From NCBI RefSeq assembly GCF_003668955.1, contig NZ_RAWO01000002.1, positions 599,605-663,604 on the forward strand: a stretch of 64,000 nucleotides of DNA, given 5' to 3'. Numbering within the stretch: the first letter of the stretch is position 1; every line of letters starts with the position of its first letter. Below the pieces are notes generated by a model. That model saw only the letters and a program-made list of their open reading frames with translations. It searched no databases and was not told where the DNA came from. The translations under genes were made by a program, and so were the position numbers. Positions 57,313-64,000 of this stretch are shown piece by piece. The DNA comes from Corallococcus sp. AB038B. GTDB taxonomy: Bacteria > Myxococcota > Myxococcia > Myxococcales > Myxococcaceae.

Positions 57313-57939
57313 ATGGTGCTCAAGATCGTCCAGGCGGGGGAACCGGTGCTGCGCCAACGCGCGCGGGAGCTGACCCCGGAAGAAATCGGCAGCGAAGCGA
57401 CGCGGCAGCTCATCCAACTGATGCGCGACACGATGCGGGATGCGCCCGGCGTGGGGCTCGCGGCACCCCAGGTGGGCGTGGGCCTGCGGCTGGTGGTCAT
57501 CGAGGACCGCGCCGAGTACCAGGCGGGTGCGGCGCCCGCGGACCTGGCGCTGCGGGAGCGCTCGCCGGTGGCCTTCCACGTGCTGATCAACCCGAAGCTC
57601 GTCGTGGAGGACCCCACGCCAGTGGAGTTCCACGAGGGCTGCCTGAGCGTGAACGGCTTCGCGGCGCTGGTGGCCCGGGCGCGCGGCGTGCGGGTGGAGG
57701 CGCTGGATGAGAACGGGCAGCCGGTGTCGGTGTCCGCGCGCGGCTGGTACGCGCGCATCATCCAACACGAGCTGGATCACCTGGACGGCACGCTCTACGT
57801 GGACCGCATGGAGACGCGCAGCCTCACGACGCAGGAGAACCAGCGCCGGCACTGGCTGGGCAAGAGCACGGCCCAGGTGCGCACGGCGCTGGGGCTGCCA
57901 GAGCAGACCTCTTCCATCCCCCGAAAGGACCCGACATGA
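57313..57939 (+). CDS. def: Peptide deformylase
   Basis: Motifs GVGLAAPQVG, EGCLSV and HELDHLDG. Confidence 0.9.
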   Translation: MVLKIVQAGEPVLRQRARELTPEEIGSEATRQLIQLMRDTMRDAPGVGLAAPQVGVGLRLVVIEDRAEYQAGAAPADLALRERSPVAFHVLINPKLVVEDPTPVEFHEGCLSVNGFAALVARARGVRVEALDENGQPVSVSARGWYARIIQHELDHLDGTLYVDRMETRSLTTQENQRRHWLGKSTAQVRTALGLPEQTSSIPRKDPT

Positions 57940-59003
57940 GCAGCAAGCTGTTCTCCCCCTTGAAGCTGCGGGACATCACCCTGCGCAACCGCGTGGTCGT
58001 CTCGCCCATGTGCCAGTACTCGAGCGAGGACGGCTTCGCGAACGAGTGGCACGTGGTGCACCTGGGCAGCCGCGCGGTGGGGGGCGCGGGCCTGGTGGTG
58101 ACGGAGGCCACGGCGGTGGAGCCGGAGGGCCGCATCTCCCCGCAGGACCTGGGGCTGTGGCAGGACGCGCACGTGGAGCAACTGGCGCGCATCAACCGCT
58201 TCATGCACCAGAACGGCGCCGCGTCCGGCGTGCAGTTGGCGCACGCGGGCCGAAAGGCCTCCACGCCCCGTCCGTGGGACGCGGGCAAGCGCGTGGAGCC
58301 GGAGCATGGCGGCTGGCAGGTGCTGGGCCCCACGACGGAGGCGTTCGAGGAGGGCTACCCGGTGCCCACCGCGCTGGACGAGGCGGGCATCCAGCGCATC
58401 GTGAAGGCGTTCGCGGACGCGGCGGTGCGGGCGAAGGCCGCGGGGTTCCAGGTCATCGAGCTGCACGCGGCGCACGGCTACCTGCTGCACGAGTTCCTGT
58501 CGCCGCTGTCGAACAAGCGGACGGACAAGTACGGCGGCACGTTCGAGAACCGGACGCGCTTCGCGCTGGAGGTGACCCGCGCCGTGCGGGCGAAGTGGCC
58601 GGAGTCGCTGCCGCTCTTCATGCGCATCTCCTCCACGGACTGGGTGGAGGGCGGCTGGACGCCGGAGGATTCCGTGGCGCTGGCGCGGCTGGTGGCGAAG
58701 GAGGGCGTGGACCTGATGGATTGCTCGTCGGGCGGCGTGGTGCCGTACGCCAAGATTCCGGTGGGGCCGGGCTACCAGACGCAGCTTTCGGAGCAGGTGC
58801 GCAAGGAGACGGGCCTGCTCACGGGCGCGGTGGGGATGATCCGCTCCGCGTACCAGGCCGAGCACATCCTGGCCACGGGCCAGGCGGACGTCGTCTTCCT
58901 GGCGCGCGAGCTGTTGAGGGATCCGTACTGGCCGCTGCGCGCCGCGAAGGAGCTGCGTGCGGACGTGCTGTGGCCGCACCAGTACGAGCGCGCGAAGAAC
59001 TGA
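57936..59003 (+). CDS. NADH:flavin oxidoreductase / NADPH dehydrogenase (Old Yellow Enzyme family, NamA-like)
   Basis: SPMCQYS…HAAHGYLLHEFLSPLSNKRTD. ATGA overlap with def. Confidence 0.9.
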   Translation: MSSKLFSPLKLRDITLRNRVVVSPMCQYSSEDGFANEWHVVHLGSRAVGGAGLVVTEATAVEPEGRISPQDLGLWQDAHVEQLARINRFMHQNGAASGVQLAHAGRKASTPRPWDAGKRVEPEHGGWQVLGPTTEAFEEGYPVPTALDEAGIQRIVKAFADAAVRAKAAGFQVIELHAAHGYLLHEFLSPLSNKRTDKYGGTFENRTRFALEVTRAVRAKWPESLPLFMRISSTDWVEGGWTPEDSVALARLVAKEGVDLMDCSSGGVVPYAKIPVGPGYQTQLSEQVRKETGLLTGAVGMIRSAYQAEHILATGQADVVFLARELLRDPYWPLRAAKELRADVLWPHQYERAKN

Positions 59004-59022
59004 TCGGCGTAGGCTTCCGCGC

Positions 59023-59871
59023 ATGCTGACCGAGGTGCAGGCGGGACCCTATACCGTGCGCGGCGTGTCCGTGGGCGGCGTGTACACGTCGCTCCTGGTG
59101 CCGGAGTTGGGGGTGCTGCTCGATGCGGGCATCCCCATCCGCTCCTTCGCCACCACGGACCGCATCTTCCTCAGCCACGGGCATGCGGACCATGCGAGCG
59201 CGTTGGGCTCGCTGCTGGGCATCCGTGCGCTCGTGGGGAAGGGGCCGCCGTTCGTCTACCTGCCCGCGGAGATTGAAGCGCCCGTGCAGGAGGCGCTCGC
59301 GGCCCTGGGGCGCCTGCACCGGATGAAGTCGGAGGTCCGCACCGTTCCCCTGCGCCCCGGCGACACCGTGAAGGTGCAGCAGGACCTGTGGGTTCGTGCC
59401 TTTCGCACGCACCACCCCGTGCCGTCGCTGGGCTACCAGTTCCTGCGCCGCGTCGCGAAGCTCAAGCCGGAGTTCCGCGAGCTGCCTCCGGCGGAGATTG
59501 GCCGCCGTCGTCAGGCCGGTGAGCCGCTGTTCGATGAAGTCGAGCGGTTGGAACTGGCCTACTGCACGGACACGCTCTCCAACGTGCTGGAGCGCCAGCC
59601 GTCGTTGTTCGACAGCCGCGTGCTCATCCTCGAATGCACGTTCATCGACGCGGAGCGCACCGTGCGCGACGCGCAGGAGCGGGCCCACATCCACCTGGAG
59701 GAGATCGCCTCCATGGCGGACCGCTTCCAGAATGAGGCCCTGGTCCTGATGCATTTCAGTCAGGCTTACAGCCCCGCGCAGGTCCACGCGACGCTCCAGG
59801 CCCGTCTGCCGGCGTCGCTGCTCGAACGCGTGCGAGTCTTTGCTCCTGACGCCGGCCGCTGGTTCGGTTGA
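59023..59871 (+). CDS. MBL-fold metallo-hydrolase (RNase Z-like)
   Basis: LSHGHADH metal site. Confidence 0.75.
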   Translation: MLTEVQAGPYTVRGVSVGGVYTSLLVPELGVLLDAGIPIRSFATTDRIFLSHGHADHASALGSLLGIRALVGKGPPFVYLPAEIEAPVQEALAALGRLHRMKSEVRTVPLRPGDTVKVQQDLWVRAFRTHHPVPSLGYQFLRRVAKLKPEFRELPPAEIGRRRQAGEPLFDEVERLELAYCTDTLSNVLERQPSLFDSRVLILECTFIDAERTVRDAQERAHIHLEEIASMADRFQNEALVLMHFSQAYSPAQVHATLQARLPASLLERVRVFAPDAGRWFG

Positions 59872-59901
59872 CCCGTGGCGCCGGCATGACCGGAGGCCGC
59901 C

Positions 59902-61062
59902 ATGACGTCCGCATCCACCCGCCACGTCCTCATCGCCGGAGCAGGCATTGGAGGCCTCACGCTGGCCTGTGCGCTCCAGCGCGCGGGCCTTCGCGCCACG
60001 GTGTTCGAACGCGCAGACGCGCTGCGCCCGGTGGGCGCGGGCATCATCGTGCAGATGAACGCAGCGGTCGCCCTGCGCCGCATCGGCCTGTGTGACGCGG
60101 TGGTCGCGGAGGGCGAACGCGCCGAGCGGACCCTCATCCTCGATTCGACGGGCGCTCGTATCACCGCCATCGACGTGCGCTCGCTCCAGGAGGAACTGGA
60201 TATCCCGATGGTGGCCGTGCACCGCGCGCGCCTCCAGGCCGTCCTTCGCGCCCACGCGGGCCCGGAGGAGGCCGTGCGGCTGGGTGTCAGCGTGACGGGC
60301 TTCCAGGACGACGGCACCCGCGTCACGGTGACGCTGTCCACTGGCGAGACCGTCACCGGCGACGTCCTGGTGGGCGCGGATGGACTGCGCTCCGCCGTGC
60401 GGACCGGCCTGCTGGGCGCGCAGCCCACGCGCTACTCCGGCTACACCAGTTGGCGCGGGGTCTGCCCGGGGGCGGACCTCGTGGAGGCGGGGCAGGTCAC
60501 CGAAACGTGGGGACCCGGGGCCCGCTTCGGCATCGTGCCCATTGGCCATGGCGAGGTGTACTGGTTCGCCACGCTGAACGCGCCCGCGGGGGCGGAGGAT
60601 GCGCCGGGACAGACGCTCGCCGTCCTTCAGGAGCGCTTCGCCGGATGGCACGCGCCCATCGCGAAGCTGCTCGCGGTGACGCCACCCGAGCGCGTCCTGC
60701 GCACGGACATCCACGACCGTCCGCCGGTGTCTCGCTGGAGTCGGGGCCGGGTGACGTTGCTGGGTGACGCCGCGCATCCGATGACACCGAACCTGGGGCA
60801 GGGGGGATGTCAGGCCATCGAGGACGGTGTGGTGCTGGGGGAATGTCTCGCGGCGCCGGGAAGCGTGGAAGACGCACTGCGTGCATACGAATCCCGCCGG
60901 GTGAAACGTGCCAACGCGCTGGTCGTGCGCTCACATCAGGTGGGACGTGTGGCCCAGTGGGAGAATGGAGCCGCGCGCTTTGTCCGTGATGCACTATTCC
61001 GGCGAGTCCCGCAGTCGGCCGCGAGACGCGAGCTATGGACGCTGGTCCAGGGCATGCGCTGA
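59902..61062 (+). CDS. FAD-dependent aromatic-ring monooxygenase (salicylate hydroxylase / UbiH family)
   Basis: N-terminal GAGIGGL dinucleotide motif, GADGLRS, and LLGDAAHPMTPNLGQGGCQAIED. Confidence 0.85.
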   Translation: MTSASTRHVLIAGAGIGGLTLACALQRAGLRATVFERADALRPVGAGIIVQMNAAVALRRIGLCDAVVAEGERAERTLILDSTGARITAIDVRSLQEELDIPMVAVHRARLQAVLRAHAGPEEAVRLGVSVTGFQDDGTRVTVTLSTGETVTGDVLVGADGLRSAVRTGLLGAQPTRYSGYTSWRGVCPGADLVEAGQVTETWGPGARFGIVPIGHGEVYWFATLNAPAGAEDAPGQTLAVLQERFAGWHAPIAKLLAVTPPERVLRTDIHDRPPVSRWSRGRVTLLGDAAHPMTPNLGQGGCQAIEDGVVLGECLAAPGSVEDALRAYESRRVKRANALVVRSHQVGRVAQWENGAARFVRDALFRRVPQSAARRELWTLVQGMR

Positions 61063-61127
61063 GACGTATCAAGGTCTGTAGAGTCTGTCTTTGCCAGGAG
61101 CGCGGCCTGCCCTGGCGGGGGGAACTC

Positions 61128-61637
61128 ATGCAGACGAAGCCCACGCGGCTTGCCGCCCTTGTTCTTGTGTCAGCGGCTTCCTGTCAACGTGCTGAAACAC
61201 CGGAAGCCGCCGCGCCATCATCCGCTCCCAACGTCGTCACCGGGACGCCGGATGCCGCGACCTCCGACGTCAACGCCCGCATCCAAAGCGTCCTCGGAGA
61301 ACCCGCGAAGTACGAACAGGCCTTCGCGGCGTTCCAGAAGGCGGTGGCCGCGCATGACGCGAAAGCCGTCGCAGCCCTGGTGGCGTATCCCTTCACCGCG
61401 AACGTGGGCGGCAGGAAGGTGAAGCTGCCAGACGCCGCGGCGTTCGTGAGGCACTACGACGTCATCGTCACGCCGGCCATCGCCAACGTCATCACCCGGC
61501 AGCGCTACGCGGACCTCTTCGTCAACACTGACGGCGTGATGTTCGGCCAGGGCGAAGCGTGGCTCAACGGCATCTGCAAGGACGCCGGGTGCAAGGACTT
61601 CGACGTCCGCGTCATCGCCATCCAGTCCGCGAATTGA
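61128..61637 (+). CDS. Hypothetical lipoprotein
   Basis: Lipobox LVSAASC. 169 aa. Confidence 0.55.
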   Translation: MQTKPTRLAALVLVSAASCQRAETPEAAAPSSAPNVVTGTPDAATSDVNARIQSVLGEPAKYEQAFAAFQKAVAAHDAKAVAALVAYPFTANVGGRKVKLPDAAAFVRHYDVIVTPAIANVITRQRYADLFVNTDGVMFGQGEAWLNGICKDAGCKDFDVRVIAIQSAN

Positions 61638-61646
61638 TCAGGGCGG

Positions 61647-62384
61647 CTACCAGAACTTCCACCAGGGACGCTTGGGCGCCGCGGGTGTAGCGACGGGGGG
61701 GGAGACGGAAGGCTCGGGCGTCAACCATTCCGCCACGCTGCCCTGGAGCACCAGGAACAGCCTCCGGCTGAGAAACCCGGGGGCCGCGGGCCAGGGGGCG
61801 GTCTCGAGCAGGTCCGCCAGTTCCTGCCATGGCTCGTTGTCGAGCAGCACCTCCAGCGCCATGCGCTTCTCTTCCCTCTGGGCGTAATAGACGCGCACCC
61901 AATGGGTGCCGGAGGCCAGCGGCAGCGACCGGAGCGCGCTCTCGAAGGCATTGAGCCACGGCTCCACAAGCTGCGGGCCGGGGCTGTCGCCTCGGGTGAT
62001 GATATTGCCCAGGATGACCCTCCGGTCGATGCCACCCACCTGCCATGTCTCGACGGTGACGTGGTCATCGGGAGGACGAACGAAGGCGGCCAGGAGCACG
62101 TGCAGGCTCGCCCGGGCGAAGTTCATCAGGGCATCGTTCAAGGCCTCCTCTTCCGTCTTGCCAACGCCTGCCACGGACTCGACGACCCACCGGCCGGTCC
62201 ACGGCTCCAAACAGACGTCGAGCCGTCGTGTGCAGAGGCCCGGCTCGGTTCGCGTGTCGGTGAACGTTGCCTGGAGGCGCGGGCCCCGGGGGCTCACGCG
62301 GAGCCATTCCCCTTCCTCCTGGATGGGGAGGTCGTGAGCGCGGAGGATCTCCTCCAGCTGCTCGTTCGCGGACGTCTGGGTCAT
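61647..62384 (-). CDS. Hypothetical protein
   Basis: 245 aa, no recognisable domain. Convergent with the lipoprotein gene. Confidence 0.5.
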   Translation of the reverse strand: MTQTSANEQLEEILRAHDLPIQEEGEWLRVSPRGPRLQATFTDTRTEPGLCTRRLDVCLEPWTGRWVVESVAGVGKTEEEALNDALMNFARASLHVLLAAFVRPPDDHVTVETWQVGGIDRRVILGNIITRGDSPGPQLVEPWLNAFESALRSLPLASGTHWVRVYYAQREEKRMALEVLLDNEPWQELADLLETAPWPAAPGFLSRRLFLVLQGSVAEWLTPEPSVSPPVATPAAPKRPWWKFW

Positions 62385-62391
62385 TTCAATC

Positions 62392-63156
62392 TCAACGTCG
62401 TGTGACGGAGGCGAGGAACGGCAGCACGTGCGGCAGCACCTTGGGCGCCTTCGCCCAGGCGCCGCCGTGGTCGGCGTGCTCGATGGTCGCGAACGCCGCG
62501 CCGGCCCGCTGCGCCACGGCCCTCATGGAGTCGTGGTACGGGTCCGTCACGCCGCAGTACAGCAACCCCGGCTTGCCGGAGCCCACCAATGCCTCATCCA
62601 GGCCCGCCGACGTCTCACAGGCCTTCATGCACAGCCGAAGCGCGTCCAGGTCTCCCGCGTCAATGGCCTCCGACAGCTCCGGCGCGCGCCGTGCTCCCAT
62701 CAGGAGCACCTGGAACCAGTCCACACGGGTACCGGGCTTGAGCTGCTTCTCCATGGCCGCGTAGGCCACGGGCAGGCCCACCACCGGATCCCAGCCGCCC
62801 ACCACGTACGAGGCCAGCCGCTCCGGCGCGAAGGACGCCAGGCCACACACCGTCCAGCCGCCCATCGAGTAGCCCCACGCGTGGGCCCGGTCGATGGAGA
62901 GCGTGTCGAGCACCGACAGCGCGTCCTCCACGCGATGCTTCAGCGCGTAGGCCTCCAGGTCGTGCGGCGTGTCGCTCTGGCCATGCCCCAGCGAGTCGAA
63001 CGTCACCACCGTGTACGCATCCGTCAGCGCGGGCAGGTACCCCTTGAGCGACCAGTGTGAGCCCAACTGGAGCAGGCCGTGCAGGAGCAGCAGGGGAGGG
63101 CCGTGGCCCTGGACCTCGTAGTGGATGCGGCGGCTGGACTTCGTCGCGAAGGGCAT
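62392..63156 (-). CDS. α/β-hydrolase-fold protein
   Basis: HG oxyanion motif LLLLHGLL. Nucleophile elbow GYSMGG. C-terminal His (EHADHGG). Confidence 0.8.
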   Translation of the reverse strand: MPFATKSSRRIHYEVQGHGPPLLLLHGLLQLGSHWSLKGYLPALTDAYTVVTFDSLGHGQSDTPHDLEAYALKHRVEDALSVLDTLSIDRAHAWGYSMGGWTVCGLASFAPERLASYVVGGWDPVVGLPVAYAAMEKQLKPGTRVDWFQVLLMGARRAPELSEAIDAGDLDALRLCMKACETSAGLDEALVGSGKPGLLYCGVTDPYHDSMRAVAQRAGAAFATIEHADHGGAWAKAPKVLPHVLPFLASVTRR

Positions 63157-63170
63157 GGCGTGGCGATTCC

Positions 63171-64000
63171 CTACAGGCCCGCGACCTTCGCTGCGCGGGC
63201 CACCGTGAAGCCGAAGTCCACCGTCTGCCGGGAGCGCGCTGGCACGTTCAGTTCGAAGCGCACGATGCCCTCTGCGCTCACCTTCGTGGGCGCGGGCTTC
63301 GCGGCGTCCTTGATCAGCGCCACCTCCACGGCCTCCACCTCCGACACCGGCATGCGCTCCTCCACCGCGAGCGCCGTGGGCTTCGCGCCCATGTTGGAGA
63401 TGAACAGCTTCACCTTCTCCGTGCGCGTGCGTCGGCCGGTGATGCGAGCGACCTCCTCGCCCACGTCCACCTGCCGCGACACGCGCAGCGAGTCCTCGCT
63501 GCCGAAGCCCAGCTTCACGCGCTCGCCCCGGCCCGCGAACTTCAGCTGCGCGCGGCCCACGTAGCCGCTGTTGCGCACCAGGTCCACCGGCCCCGCGAGC
63601 AACACCGCCGGCCCCGTGTTGTCGAACTTCGCCACGCGGTGCACCAGCGGTGACTGCTCCGGGCAGGCCACCAGCTCCGACGTCGCCGGCGACGTGAACG
63701 CGAACAGCGCCACGCGGTGCGCCTCGCCGTCCGACGGCACCGTGGCCTTGTGCGGCGCGGACAGCGTCACGGCTTCGCCGCCGTCGTCCATGCCGGGCAG
63801 CGCGTCCGCCGCCTTCGTCGCTCCCGCTTCGCCCGTCTCCTGGAGGGACTCCTCGCGGATGGAGACGTCCACCACCTGCTTCTCTCGCGACGTCTTCTCG
63901 CGCAGGTAGAGCCAGTCCTCCGTGAGCCGGGGCGGCGTGGCGCCCAGTGTGGGCCGCGCCGTGGAGAAGGCCAGCGTCACGTCCTTCCACGCCTCGCCGG
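63171..64000 (-). CDS. DUF4139-like protein, partial (N-terminus beyond the window end)
   Basis: The frame stays open upstream of 63980 to the window edge. Family assignment is tentative. Confidence 0.5.
   Translation of the reverse strand, partial: GEAWKDVTLAFSTARPTLGATPPRLTEDWLYLREKTSREKQVVDVSIREESLQETGEAGATKAADALPGMDDGGEAVTLSAPHKATVPSDGEAHRVALFAFTSPATSELVACPEQSPLVHRVAKFDNTGPAVLLAGPVDLVRNSGYVGRAQLKFAGRGERVKLGFGSEDSLRVSRQVDVGEEVARITGRRTRTEKVKLFISNMGAKPTALAVEERMPVSEVEAVEVALIKDAAKPAPTKVSAEGIVRFELNVPARSRQTVDFGFTVARAAKVAGL

Noticed and set aside
1-64000. Mobile element, prophage, CRISPR, tRNA or rRNA content
   Set aside because: I saw no integrase, transposase or recombinase ORFs. No repeat-spacer arrays were present; the only repeats are the tandem gene duplication and the 21-nt coding repeat. 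No intergenic region is large or structured enough for a tRNA or rRNA. GC content is uniform apart from short promoter islands.

Overview
This 64-kb window is a chromosomal segment from a high-GC (~70%) δ-proteobacterium of the Myxococcus/Corallococcus type, almost entirely coding. Frames were chosen by domain and motif content, because high GC produces long stop-free antisense ORFs. It holds about 55 protein-coding genes and no rRNA, tRNA, CRISPR or mobile-element signatures that I could see.

Recognisable housekeeping genes are ppc, the esg-type branched-chain keto-acid dehydrogenase E1α/E1β pair, menA, def, an Old Yellow Enzyme reductase, a PiT phosphate transporter with its DUF47 partner, a lytic transglycosylase, an M28 peptidase, an Omp85 β-barrel and a partial M6 InhA-like metalloprotease at the left edge.

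The accessory content is larger:
- A candidate trans-envelope and partner-switching signalling island at 13.5–25.9 kb: a HAMP-PP2C phosphatase, a secreted TPR protein, an orphan PhnD-like binding protein, a TonB-dependent receptor with a repetitive N-terminal extension, a GHKL anti-sigma-like ATPase, and a Hanks kinase carrying two STAS–Zn-ribbon repeats, a membrane span and a PEGA domain.
- A LOG/SLOG-like protein, a small membrane protein and a tandem-cyclase–STAND–TPR giant in one operon (27.0–32.4 kb).
- A lipid-tailoring neighbourhood (32.4–40.4 kb) with three desaturase paralogues across the window, a B12-binding radical SAM enzyme, and a divergent heme-oxygenase-like di-iron / membrane di-iron desaturase pair.
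- A menA-adjacent operon of a multiheme cytochrome lipoprotein, a lipoprotein and a membrane-anchored triheme cytochrome c (47.8–52.2 kb).
- A tandem duplication of a small secreted protein gene, and an AT-rich 12-mer shared between two promoter regions.
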